In this document: positions 22,944 to 35,137 of the stretch, one piece after another | How the letters are laid out: every line of letters begins with the position of its first letter | How positions within the stretch are numbered: the stretch's first letter is position 1 | DNA from: Podarcis pityusensis | Taxonomy: Eukaryota | Direction: 5' to 3' (one strand) | Length of the DNA: 64,000 bases | Assembly (NCBI GenBank): GCA_964106645.2 | Contig: OZ067042.1 | Notes under the pieces: generated by a model | The model's input: the letters and a program-made list of their open reading frames with translations, nothing else | Told to the model about the DNA's origin: nothing | The model's database searches: none | Made by a program: the position numbers and the translations under genes

Positions 22944-24093
22944 GTAATTGAGGCATCAATTGTGCCTGCGGAGCTTGATCCAAAAGCGCATCCAAATCAA
23001 AACTCTTTCTTCAACTGGCTTCAGACCAGAACAACAGCCTGCTTCGGCCCCAGCAGTCGTTTAATGTTCCTGCCTGCTGAACAAGGAAATGAAGTTGGTC
23101 TGGCACATCAGCTGAGGAAACGGCAGCCTCCCGTGTGGCTGTTTACCTTTTGCCTCAAATTATAAACCTCTTTATGATTAAATAGTCCTGTGAACATCAG
23201 TGAAAAACTGCAGAAGCCAATTCACTGAGAATGTTCCTTCCCTTAGACTCCACTCTTCTGTCAAAGAGCTCATAGCCATTTCCATATGTTTCCCTGGCAG
23301 TCTCCCGTCCAGGCAGTGCTCAGGGCCAGGTCTACTTAGCTTCTGCACTGGAACTCCATTCTGTGACTTAAGGCCATTCTCTGGGACTTTAAAGCGCAGC
23401 GGGGGGGGCGTGTCTCAGGGGTTGCACATATCTGGGGCTGCACATAAATCTCCCCTCCCCTCACACACCTGCGAAAAAAGTATGTTCAAATCCTATTAAT
23501 TTAGGAGAGGGTGTTAATCAGCTGCCCTTCAGGGGCTTGGTTTTATTGCTTTTTAAAAAGGAGGGTACACACAAACAGTCGTTAATTCATGCACACTTCG
23601 TTGAACTGGTACAAAATCATTCGAGCCTCACCAAATGGAGCTTGAACAAAATCTACCTGATTCAAGAGGCAGGACTTGCTCTTATTAAGCCTGATTCACA
23701 GTTTGCACAGCAAATAAATCTCCCGTATCTCTGCATGAACTTTCATGTTTGAAGGAGATTCCCAGTGGTATGAACACAAGACTCTACAGTGAGTATGCCA
23801 TATCCATCTCATGCATCACGGTACCCACAAACTAAATGGTTGTACGCACAAAGCTCATCTGTGTGTTTAGCTGTTTGTCTTTCAAATGTATGCAAAGGGA
23901 AAATGGAAAAGAGCTCCCTCCTTCGCATGTATTTTAAAGAAACAAGAAGCTCAACGTATGCACAGTTCTGATGTGGCACATAATGCATATATTTGGTAGT
24001 TTGCTTTTCCACCTTTGTACAAAATACCCTTTTAAAAAGAACTCTTCAGTATGAGCCCTTGGACTAACTCCCCCCTCCCCTCCTAATTTGTAG

Positions 24094-24185
24094 GACAGAA
24101 ACTTCTGGATACCTTGGCTGAAACGTGGGATTTCTTTTTCAGTGATGTCCTGCCCATGCTTCAGGCTATATTCTATCCTGTGCAG
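24094..24185 (+). CDS. PRR5: PRR5 coding exon 5
   Basis: ttgtag| QKLLDTLAETWDFFFSDVLPMLQAIFYPVQ |gtaaaa; 92 nt. Confidence 0.96.
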
Positions 24186-25001
24186 GTAAAATATTGCTCT
24201 GTTACTTTAGAATCAGGAAAAACCAGAAGAAGCGACTCTGCAGGTTGATCAGCCAAGAGCCAGATATCACAGCGGGACAACAGATGAGGAAATACTTCTG
24301 CCAAACACATGGAGGGGGGTGTTTTCATTACGGAGAAGTGCCTGTGTAGGTGTGTCTCTCTTCATAGCATGATGTTCAGAGTGTCACTAGAAAATTATAG
24401 CTTGAACTTTCAAAAAGTCCCACCACTTTCTCAGCCTAGATGTGTCCAGTACCTCCAAAATAACTGGCTAGGATCCAGAGAATCAGTTGATTTGTTTTGC
24501 ATTTCCATGGGCTATTTGGAGTTATGAGGTTTGGGGATTAGCTTTCTACACCACCACTCATCAGTCCTATGACTATCACAAACCACTTTCGAAACTTAAG
24601 AGGAGTGTCAAAGAAGTTTGTAACTTTAGAGAGGTTTGAAAACAAAATATTCCTAAATACAATATCCTAAGAAACATGAGTTAAATTCACCACTGTGATT
24701 AATATTATTTCAATAAACCTATATCCCCACATAAAATGATCCAGATTATAATGGCAGAAATTTTCATAGAATTAGTCAGTTATAGGATTTCTATAGAACT
24801 ACAGAAAGTCAAGTACTAAAGATTAATAGATCAGGACAATAACTTTTGGAGGGCCCAAAATACTTCTGTTGCATTTCCAATGTCATCACATTCCATACAA
24901 AAACAAATATTTATTATTATATATATCCATCTCCTTAACCAAACTCTTACCCAAAGTAGTAGTAGTAGTAGTAGTAGCAGCAGCAGCAGCAGCAATAGCA
25001 A

Positions 25002-25392
25002 TTTTATTATTTATACGTCACCCATCCGAATGGGTTTCCCCAGCCACTCTGACCAGCTTACAGCACATATAAAAACATAGTTAAATGTCAAACATTAAAA
25101 ACTTCCCTATACAAGGCTGCCTTCAGGTGTCTTCTAAAAGTTATGTAGTTCTTGGTCTCCTTGACATGTGAAGGGAGGACATTCCGCAGGGAGGGCACCT
25201 CTGTCTGGTTCCCCGTAACTTCACTTCTGTCAGTGAGGGAACCACCAAAAGACCCTCAGAGAACCTCAGTTTCCAGGCTTGAACGATGGGGGTGGAGACG
25301 CTCCTTCAGGTATACTGGACCGAGGCCGTTTAGGGCTTTAAAGGTCAACACCAACACTTTGAATTGTGCTCGGAAACGTACTGGGAGCCAAT
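25002..25392 (-). mobile_element. L2-type LINE 3' fragment
   Basis: Reverse complement encodes LHWLPVRFRAQFKVLVLTFKALNGLGP, an L2 ORF2 C-terminal motif; 3' UTR ends in an AATAAA-rich tail. Confidence 0.85.
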
Positions 25393-25866
25393 GTATTTCT
25401 TGTGGCTGAAATTATAGTTGGGGGGGGGGGATTGCTCCATAATTCATATGCCCTCCCAAAAATTGAAAACTAGAAATGGAATTGATATAACCAGTCTTGA
25501 TATTTTACATCATCTTTGCATTAATTTTTACATTATGAAACATATATGGCAGAAATCAGCCATTTTGATGGATTATATAAATTTTAAAAATGAAAGTAAA
25601 TACCATCACAAAGGTTCCTATGGTAATTTCCCCATAATTATTTGGAATATTATAAAGGCAGAACCTGTTCATTGTTCTTCAGCTTATGAATCTCCATTTT
25701 GTCCTGATTGTACATAAAGTTTGTGTTCCTTACTGCTGAGACTAAATTAGGGAATCTTCCATTAAATCAAAAGGACTTAAGCAGGCTTAACTGGCTTCCA
25801 CAAATAAATCTGAAAGCAAGCAAACGACAAGTGTTGAAAACAACTTTCATTCAATTGTCTCTTTAG

Positions 25867-26007
25867 GGAAAGGAGCCCTCTGTCCGACAACTGTCTCTGC
25901 TGCACTTCAGGAATATTATAACTCTCAATATTAAACTGGAAGATGCCTTGTCCCGTTCCAGAGCGAGGGTTCCTCCTTCCATTATTCAGATGTTACTTAT
26001 CCTACAG
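25867..26007 (+). CDS. PRR5: PRR5 coding exon 6
   Basis: ctttag| GKEPSVRQLSLLHFRNIITLNIKLEDALSRSRARVPPSIIQMLLILQ |gtacgg; 141 nt. Confidence 0.96.
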
Positions 26008-26290
26008 GTACGGATTTTTCTCAAATATATAAATTGTGTTTGTGCATGACTTTAGCGTAACAAACTGTTCAAAAGGACTTACTGGTGTTGACCCCTCTTA
26101 GAAGATGCTTTCGTTTACTCCGTTTGGTGACTCTCCGTGTGGCAAGAAGCCATTCATTGAGAAGTGCATCGTGTATGTTGATTCTTGGGGCAAGATGCCA
26201 TTATTACCACCCGCACCACACAGCGCAGCCAGAACCCATGTATGTGGTGGCCCATGATGTAAGAATTACTACTAAGTAATCAGAGAAGGT

Positions 26291-26645
26291 GGGACGCGGG
26301 TGGCGCTGTGGGTAAAACCTCAGCGCCTAGGACTTGCCGATCGCATGGTCGGCAGTTCGAATCCCCGCGGCGGGATGCGCTCCCGTCGTTCGGTCCCAGC
26401 GCCTGCCAACCTAGCTGTTCGAAAGCACCCCCTGGGTGCAAGTAGATAAATAGGGACCGCTTACCAGCGGGAAGGTAAATGGCGTTCCGTGTGCTGCGCT
26501 GGCTCGCCAGATGCAGCTTGTCACGCTGGCCACATGACCCGGATGTGTCTGCGGACAGCGCTGGCTCCCAGCCTCTAGAGTGAGATGAGTGCACAACCCT
26601 AGAGTCTGGCAAGACTGGCCCGAAAGGGCAGGGGTACCTTTACCT
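26291..26645 (+). mobile_element. Sauria SINE, copy 1 of a tandem pair
   Basis: GGGACGCGGGTGGCGCTGTGGG head, B box GTTCGAATCC, GGGGTACCTTTACCTT tail; 13-bp TSD. Confidence 0.93.
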
Positions 26646-26659
26646 TAATCAGAGAAGGA

Positions 26660-27026
26660 GGGACGCGGGTGGTGCTGTGGGTAAAACCTCAGCGCCTAGG
26701 ACTTGCCGATCTCATGGTCGGCGGTTCGAATCCCCGCAGCGGGGTGAGCTCCCGTTGTTCGGTCCCAGCTCCTGCCCACCTAGCAGTTCGAAAGCACAAT
26801 TAAGTGCAAGTAGATAAATAGGTACCGCTTTCTAGCGGGAAGGTAAAGGCGTTTCCGTGTGCTGCGCTGGTGCCGGTTCGCCGGAGCAGCAATGTCACGC
26901 TGGCCATGTGACCCGGAAGTGTCTGCCGACAGCGCTGGCTCCCGGCCTCTAGAGTGAGATGAGCGCACAACCCTAGAGTCTGTCAAGACTGGCCGGTACG
27001 GGCAGGGGTACCTTTACCTTTATCTT
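26660..27026 (+). mobile_element. Sauria SINE, copy 2 of a tandem pair (different internal variant)
   Basis: Same head and tail as copy 1, different middle segment; flanked by the same 13-bp TSD. Confidence 0.93.
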
Positions 27027-28484
27027 TAATCAGAGAAGGGATGGTTTGCAAACAGAAAAAGTTGGTTAGTGATAAAGTTGGTTTTATCACAGAAAATACA
27101 CTTGTCTCATAAACCACTTTGTAGAGAATACAGAAACTGACCATACCTGGCCCCTAGATTAAAGGAAGCCAAATGGCTACAGGAAGGCCATGCTCTTTTG
27201 TTCCTCTGCTTTACTTACCTTTACATGAACAACAAAATGTGGACATAGGAGGCCATTTACTATATGGTGGCATACCACGCAGGCAGGCAGGCAGGCATGG
27301 CAAGCGAGCTACTCCTGATCTGCTCTTATCTTGCCTGGTGTCAGGAGGAGAACTTTATTGCAACCAACACTGGGCTCTGTCGTTGTTGTAGGCTTGTACT
27401 TTTAAAACAGCTGTGTGTGGCCTGTAATAGAGGGGAGACCATATCAAAAGCTTTTTGGGGCCCTTTGTATGTATTTGCCTCTGCTTCATAAGATTATCAG
27501 GGAGAAATGTCATGTCAGCAGCTACCACAATTGTGTTCAGTGTTGTGTATGGAGAAAACTATGGTGGTGACTCTTCTGTAAATCCTAATGGAGGAGTTAA
27601 TAAAAGTTACATTTTTTAGTTTCACAGTTCAATTTCAGTCAAAGTTTCCTGTTCCATACTATACCAACAACATCCTTTTTGGGTGGGGCCACCTGCAACA
27701 GGAGGAGGTGGGATTCACTCCTGAAGTGGTAGGATGTTCTGTACTATTTCAGACTGCACATGGGAGTTCCTAATTTTGAATGCTCTCCTATGCTAACTGA
27801 GCCTTGTATTAAATAGCAAGGGCTGTTTGTGCAACTGGGCATGAATGAAGGCAGAACACGAAGCTAGAGTTCTTTCCCATTAGGCCAATGAAGATGCCTG
27901 TCACCGGTGGCATCAGAGTAAACCCTGATTATAGATAACATGCTTGGAGAACACTGAAAGCTCTGTTCACAGTGTAAAAGAATGCAAGAATCCTGCATTG
28001 TGAATGCCTGGAAGTGGGCCAGGAACAGCTCAGGAGAGGACGAGGTCAAGCTGGAACAGATTCCACTTCCAAGGGCAATTTCCAGCTCCATAGCCAGCCA
28101 CAGAAGTCCCCCGACAGCACTGAAAGTCAAGAGGATGGAAAGTGCTAGTTGTACAATAAGGAAATCTCACCCCGATCCTGAGCTCATTCCTAGGAGGAAG
28201 GGCTGAGGTTGTAGTCACTCATACCAAGCTAATGACACCTCAAGGCATTGTTTCCCCTTCAGAGGCTATTTCATGAAGCCATAAACTGGAAATGTATTTA
28301 TTTATCTATTAAATTTGAACACCACCCTTCATCCTTGGATCTTAGGGCAGTTCACAACATAAAATTACAATATATAAAGCACACGTCAAGGTGTGCTTTT
28401 TTGCAAGAAACTTCTTAATGGAGAGGTCATCCTATAATAACCTTTTGTCATATAAATTTACTAGCCCAAACCTATGCATATTTA

Positions 28485-28743
28485 CTGTATTTTTTGCTCT
28501 ATAAGACTCACTTTTTCCCTCCTAAAAAGTAAGGGAAAATGTGTGTGCGTCTTATGAAGCGAATGCAGGCTGTGCAGCTATCCCAGAAGCCAGAACAGCA
28601 AGAGAGATTGCTGCTTTCACTGCGCAGCGATCCCTCTTGCTGTTCTGGCTTCTGAGATTCAGAATATTTTTTTCCTTGTTTTCCTCCTCCAAAAACTTGG
28701 TGCGTCTTGTGGTCTGGTGCGTCTTATAGAGCGAGAAATATGG
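28485..28743. mobile_element. Tc1/mariner-pogo MITE
   Basis: Imperfect TIRs CTGTATTTTTTGCTCTATAAGAC / GTCTTATAGAGCGAGAAATATGG, TA TSD. Confidence 0.8.
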
Positions 28744-30975
28744 TACCTTGTCCATGTCCTTGGGCCTTACTAACTGAAACTCATCCAATGTAACTGGACT
28801 AGGTGGCAACAAATGACTTCAAAGCTCTCCACCAGACAGAAGGGAACCAGAACCTCCTCTGCCCATTCACAGGCAGGGGAAGTTTAACTGTTACAAGTTC
28901 TGATCCCAGTGATCCCAGCCCTTTCCTTGCTGCTGTGAGCCTTGGGCAGGGGAAACTCCCACTGACACCAACAGTAAGGTGTAGGTGGCAGTTTTCATCA
29001 GGATCATGACATCAGGAGGAAAGGTTAGGACTCCCGGGTGCACTGTGGTCCCACGGTACCCTATGCATCTTTTTTTAAAAAATCTGCTATTGGTGCCTCA
29101 ATGTTAAGCATTTATTTTCATGTGTGGTGCCTTGCGTGGTTTGGCCCTGAGTGTTTAAAGGGACATTAATGTAATTTTAAACATGCACTTCCCAAGTCAT
29201 TGTGGAAGTCGCATGGGTTGAACACACCATGGAGAATCAGCTGCAAGGAAATTGTGCCTTTAAATGTACACCTCTATGAATAGTAGCATGTATTGGATAT
29301 TTCAATAACACCCAGGCTTCTATGTGACAGACAAGAATTTGCCCTTAGCAAACATCACTGTATTCTTAATAAAAATAATTGATGGTGTTAGCTTAAAAGG
29401 CAGTAGCCTAATTATTAAGATACCAGAAAAGTTGCTCTTTACAACCTTACAGAGATTTCCTATCCGCTTCTTTAGTCATACTTCAAAAGCAAGAAAAAAA
29501 CCAGTCAAACTGATTTAGTTATTCACAGAGGATAAGGCTGTGGAAATGCCTTTGAAAGCTGAAATCCATCAAAATGAAAAACTCATGAATGTTTTAGTCC
29601 TGGAACATAGGTGTGAAAGGGTGGGAGGGTGTTATCCTCATAAGCACTCGACAGCAGTCAAGCCAGCATTCATACTTCTTCAAAGCACTGCATAGGATAT
29701 CTCTTCAAAGAAACTTAAGGAAGCCAAACTTAGCCGTTTAAAGTAGATTCTTGCCAATCCCTCCGCTTCCTGCTTGGAGATATACACACATTAAACTCAG
29801 GTAGCTAAGCACATCTCAGTTTGGAAGTGAAACAGGGCCACCCAAAAATAAGGGCGTGCCCATGCTCGGGGGACTCCCTAGGTGTGTAGAAATATGTACA
29901 TTGGTGGTTTTTTCTTTAAACGTGCTTTCTAAAGCTTCTAGCATAGCTTTGTTAATTCTTAGGGTTGCCAAATTGTAGAGCTTTTCTGGGGAAATCTCCC
30001 CCCAAAATAGTGATTTTAAGCTTTTGGAGCTGTTTCTTTTGTGCAGCTACATTTCAGTGGAACTTGCAGAGGAGAACTTCCTGTGACATTGTGCCCTATC
30101 TGCCATGGATGCCATAGCTGAGACTCCAGCATTGCAGGGGGTCAGCCCAGGGCGGTCAGGGTCACAGCCATCTCTAAATTAACAAGGTGTAAAGTGCATC
30201 ATCCTGAGCTTGCTGGCCCAGTGGTCTGACGCAGTATAAGGCAAGTTTTAGGGAAAACACCAGGGGCAGAGCTTGTGGTTTGAATGCAGAAGATCTCAGC
30301 CCCTGGCATCCCAGTTTAAGGTCTCGTATCACAAGACTGGCAAAAACCTCAGCCAGGGCCATTTTGCTTTAGGTGAGCTTTCCATGAGCCGCTATAAGTT
30401 TTTGACTCCGTGGTTTTTAAATCTGGCATAGTCTCTTATGCTTTTATACTTTTAGATACAATGCCTTCTGTGTACATGCACGTGTTAAGGAAGAATAAAA
30501 ATGATATTGAATAAATAAAGAGCTAATGCTGGTTAGAAAAAGCTGTCTTGGACTGATTTGGTATGCCTGGTATTAGTATGTCTTTGAGATTTTCCGCCTC
30601 AGGCACCAGAAAGCTGTTGACTTCCCCTACTAAATAAAGCAACTGGCAGAGAATAAGCAGGTGAGCCCTGCCTTCTGCAAAACTTCCAAGCAGCCTATCT
30701 GAGATCAGGTCAGATCATAGAACTGTGTCTAGCAAAGGACTTGGGGAGGCAGCACTTTGCATTTGGGTAGAGTAATTTAACTCCTTCCTGCTGGGCCCCC
30801 TGACCTGCAGCTAAAGTCTAGGGGCTTCCAGTTAAACTATGAGACCTAGCAAGTTCTAATTCTGACGAAACATCAGCTTGGGGTGGGGGGGGGGAGTAAA
30901 ACTATATATAGCAGATTACAGGTATTTTTTATCATTCCTGTATTCCACAGGAATACAGGACACGGGTGGCGCTAA

Positions 30976-31329
30976 GGGACGCGGGTGGCGCTGTGGGTAA
31001 AACCTCAGCGCCTAGGACTTGCCGATCGCATGGTCGGCGGTTCGAATCCCCGCAACGGGGTGCGCTCCCGTTCGGTCCCAGCGCCTGCCAACCTAGCAGT
31101 TTGAAAGCACCCCCGGGTGCAAGTAGATAAATAGGGACCGCTTACCAGCGGGAAGGTAAACGGCGTTCCGTGTACTGCGCTGGCTCGCCAGATGCAGCTT
31201 GTCACGCTGGCCACGTGACCCGGAAGTGTCTGCGGACAGCGCTGGCTCCCGGCCTATAGAGTGAGATGAGCGCACAACCCTAGAGTCTGGCAAGACTGGC
31301 CCGTAGGGGCAGGGGTACCTTTACCTTTT
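30976..31329 (+). mobile_element. Sauria SINE
   Basis: Full-length copy near-identical to 26291-26645; TSD TATTCCACAG at 30941-30950 and 31330-31339. Confidence 0.93.
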
Positions 31330-32004
31330 TATTCCACAGCAATGATGCATGTGTGTTTTGTTTTTAACAGAGCTATCATTCTGAATAGCTGTAAACGGTT
31401 TGTGAGTGTTTTCATTGCACATTTAAGGCACTTGTTACAGCTCCTTATCACCTGCAAGTCTGTTGCCACATTGTGTGAAAGAATCAATAAAACATTAAAG
31501 AGGGAAAACGTTTGCTTAGATTTCCCTAAGTAAAGTGGAACCAACTCTCACTTTGAAAGCTATCTCTGCAGCTTCAGTGATTCTTCCTTGGTACAAACAA
31601 CCTGGCAAGTGGCTATTTACAGACCTGAGGTAATCCCTCAGTTTCTGGATTTAAAAGTCCACATTATTCATTTAGAGTCTGCGGCAGTTGGACCTGAAAT
31701 AGTCATCATGGGGAAACATGCACTGGCACCGTTAAACAACTTGCAAGGGGTGCTTATGTATGTATATACAAACGGCTACAAATTTTCCACATTTACAATT
31801 TTAGAGGAGCAATCCATTCCCAGGAAATTCTGGAAGATCTACGACAATAGTTGGCCAGAAAGGAATTGTGCAGGTGGTTGTGGCAATAGATTGTGACGAG
31901 ACAAGAAAGGCTGTGACTCTTTTTGAAAGCTTTTCCCCTCCTTTTGTCTCTGGGCTGGGAAAAGGTTTGCCAACTTCATTTCTGCATGTCAGGCTGCTGT
32001 TAAA

Positions 32005-32157
32005 GGCGCAGGATAGCTCAGCTGGTTAGAGTGTGCTGCTGATAACCCCAAGGTTGCAGGTTCGATCCCCGTATGAGACAGCTGCATATTCCTGCATTGC
32101 AGGGGGTTGGATTCGGTGGTCCTCTGGTCCCCTTCCAACTCTGCAATTCTATGATTA
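32005..32157 (+). mobile_element. tRNA-Ile-derived SINE with CR1 tail (POM/Squam2-like)
   Basis: A box TAGCTCAGCTGG, anticodon loop CTGATAA, B box GGTTCGATCCC, then a CR1 3' tail. Confidence 0.85.
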
Positions 32158-32374
32158 TCTCACTTTACTACTGATCTTCACAAAAAGGAATAAGACAAAA
32201 TAATTGTTTAGTTTACTGGAAGTGTTTCAGGGCATCCCTGAAAATGTAAAATTGACATCCTTAATATGGTTGCCACAAGTAAAAAAAACTTTGCTCTAGC
32301 TAATAACTGGGAGGGAGGATTTCTACGGTTATAACTTTATCCGAATTAGCACAAACCCAAACCCTTGCATTGCA

Positions 32375-32388
32375 CTGACACCTAGTGG
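32375..32388 (-). promoter_or_regulatory. Candidate CTCF site
   Basis: Minus strand CCACTAGGTGTCAG, one mismatch from the core CCASYAGRKGGCRS. Confidence 0.5.
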
Positions 32389-32770
32389 TCCATGGAAATA
32401 GTGCAACGTCCTGAGAATCATGATGGGGCATTGCATTCTGTACAAAATGTGGGAAGTGTCTGGAATATAGGGTTGTCTCCTACACAATGAGACTATTGGG
32501 CTGGAACATGGGCTTATCTACAAGATGGAGGCCTCTTGTGTGAGTGAGTTTGTGAACATGTGTTCCTTCCAAGGAGCTCTGGGTGGCAGACATGGTACTC
32601 CCCCTCCCCCTCTTTACCCTTGCACAGCCGTAGGAGGTAAAGTAGGCTGAGAGAAAGGACTGCTCCAAAATCACCCCACGAGAATCGTGGCTTAGTGGGG
32701 ATTCAGACCTGGGCCTCTCATGCCCTTAACCAGGACTCCAGTGCCGCTGCACTATCTTGGCTACGAATGT

Positions 32771-32917
32771 CATGGAACCACAGGGTTGTAGCGTAGGAAG
32801 GGACCACGAGGGTCATCTAGTCCAACCCCCTGCAATGCAGGAATCTTTTTGCCCAACATAAGGCTCAAACCCACATTGCTGAGATTAAGAGTCTCGTGCT
32901 CTACTGACTGAGCTATT
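32771..32917 (-). mobile_element. tRNA-Lys-derived SINE with CR1 tail
   Basis: Minus strand TAGCTCAGTCAGTAGAGCACGAGACTCTTAATCTCAG (tRNA-Lys CTT-like), then ATTCCTGCATTGCAGGGGGTTGGACTAGATGACCC. Confidence 0.8.
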
Positions 32918-33276
32918 GTGTCAAGACTAGGGAGTGCAGATTTAGATCAAGCAGAAACAAGGGATTGGCTGACCGCAATCCACAGACCAGGCTGGAACTG
33001 TTTGCAATTCCTCCCTCCATTCATTTCCCGCACCAGCATTCATTCATTCATTCATTCAATTTCTATCCCGCCCTTCATCTGAGGATCACAAGGATCCAGA
33101 ACAGAATCCACAAGGTTTCTCATTCAAATCCTGCAGAATGTGACACACAAGTTGTAATTAAACAATGCATGTCCCTGACAGCAATTAAGTACACCAGCCT
33201 CGCTTTGCAATGATTGATAGCTTAAGTCTGAAATGTTGACGTTTGTGTTTCCTCCCCCCCCCCATGTGTTTCTCAG

Positions 33277-33415
33277 GGTGTTCATGAATCAAAAGGGGTG
33301 ACCGAAGACTATTTGAAACTGGAAAACCTGTTGCAGAAGGTTGTTTCTCCTTACTTGGGCACCTATGGCTTGTATTCCAGCGATGGGCCTATCCCACACT
33401 CATCCTGCATTTTAG
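33277..33415 (+). CDS. PRR5: PRR5 coding exon 7
   Basis: tctcag| GVHESKGVTEDYLKLENLLQKVVSPYLGTYGLYSSDGPIPHSSCIL(E) |gtaacg; 139 nt, ends in phase 1. Confidence 0.96.
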
Positions 33416-34641
33416 GTAACGTTCACACCGTCTTCTAAAACACAATATGTCTGTTGAAGTGCTTTTTTGTCCACAAAAGATGGTATCATTTTCTGGCTGG
33501 GACTGCACAACTATACCAAAGTTAGGCATCTGTGTAAAATGTCCTCCATAACCAGCTTACCTAAGAGATTTCGCTTGGATGATAAACTAGGGGCAGGCCT
33601 TTGTGCCAATGCAACTTCTTTGCTGGAAGACGGCAGAGGTTGTCTGAGGTAAGCAAAATATGCATCGTAAAATCTCACTCCATGAACTTGGCCCAGGACC
33701 AAGCCAGAGGTTTCCCAACTTCAAGTTGGTAGAGTAGGGTAGGCTAGAGAACCTCATGCCAAACTAGGGCTAACATTCAGTGGGTGCTGGAAAAGAGCCT
33801 CAGATATTTTCTGACACTGGTAGAAGGATGTGAGAATGGCACTGCGGTGCCTCCGTGGTTCAGACATGCAGAGTGCTTCCAGCCTATGAAGAGCAATGGA
33901 CTGAGAGAAGCCTGAGAGGAAATGAACCTTCTTTTCCACAAGACACTTCCCCTGCTCTCAGACGGGGGCGAGTTTGGGAAGCTGTCTGTTGGACAAAGTT
34001 TCCATAATAATTTTACCCCCCAGGTGGGGGCTGTGACCTCTGACATGGCAAACCAGTAGCGCTGCTGCATTTCCTTTTCCCCTTTTCTGCCACTGATTGT
34101 CAGGTAAATATTAGGGATACATAAAAAAGAGTCAGAAAAGTGAATCTACAACATCATCGGCTTTTTTCTTATTTGCCATCATTTGTTAAGACAGATTCCA
34201 AAGTAATTTACAGAAATAATCCTACAAACATCCTAGCTAGACAGGATGCAGAAAGAAGTAAAAGACGCTTAAAAAGAAAAGGGCTTCTATGTCAGTTCTT
34301 CTATTTAAAGGCAGATTCTGGTTATGGAAAAGATGCTGGTTACTCTATACCCTTTTTGAAAATAATTTCATCTGCAAGAGAAGGAGCTGGTATTTGCTCC
34401 TTTGCATGTGACAGCTTTAAACTGCTGCCTCCTTGTGGCTATTTTGATGAAACAGCACTCAGCTGAACAGCCTCAGCTGCCTGAAAGTTGTGACCACTGT
34501 CATCTCACTCACCTAAGCTCTTCAAGGAAGAACAGGCCTGAATATACTTTTTTCCCCAAAGAGGAAATTAATAATAGAAGTTAGAAAATTCTCTGAAACT
34601 GATTGAGAGATCGCTTGACCTTAGTCTGAGAAGGCCTAGAG

Positions 34642-34708
34642 TCATGGAATTGTAGAGTTGGAAGGAACCCCTGGGGTCATCTAATCCAACCCCCTCAATG
34701 CAGGAATC
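34642..34708 (-). mobile_element. CR1-type 3' tail
   Basis: Reverse complement of the same CR1 tail; another copy at about 60318-60377. Confidence 0.75.
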
Positions 34709-35137
34709 TCAACACACAGTTCCCCCCCATCCAATTTGGGATCTCTGTGTCCAAATAATCTATACTGTAAGGCACTGTGAGATGCTGTGGCCGTCTCCAG
34801 GCTGATCTGCCATAATGCCGGGGAGGGGGGGGCAGAAAGGTTTTTCTTGTTGTTGCTGCTGCTGCACATGCCCTAGAGAGGGAAGCAGAAGATGCTGAGG
34901 CCAAGAAGGGAAGGAGGCAGAGACCTGAAATGGCAACTCATCAAGCACATACAGCCAAGTGTCTGAACCTGGCCAGGCAAGTTTAGGAAAGAATGGGTTT
35001 GAAGAGTGAGGAAGAAAAGGGGAAGAGTCCTCGACCACAGGCCTCTCATGGTGGTAGTAGCAGTGATGGTAACGATACTCACAAGAAAAGCGTAGGGTTG
35101 TGTACAGGTTTTAACTGGTCTTCATGTTTGTTAACAG

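Noticed and set aside
32005-32080. Functional tRNA-Ile gene (also tRNA-Lys at about 32845-32917)
   Set aside because: Acceptor stems do not pair and both are fused to CR1 tails, so they are SINE heads
34993-35137. ATG at 34993 or an in-frame AG at 35107 extending exon 8
   Set aside because: PRR5 similarity starts at the acceptor 35137/35138; the upstream sequence is low-complexity and the AG at 35107 lacks a pyrimidine tract
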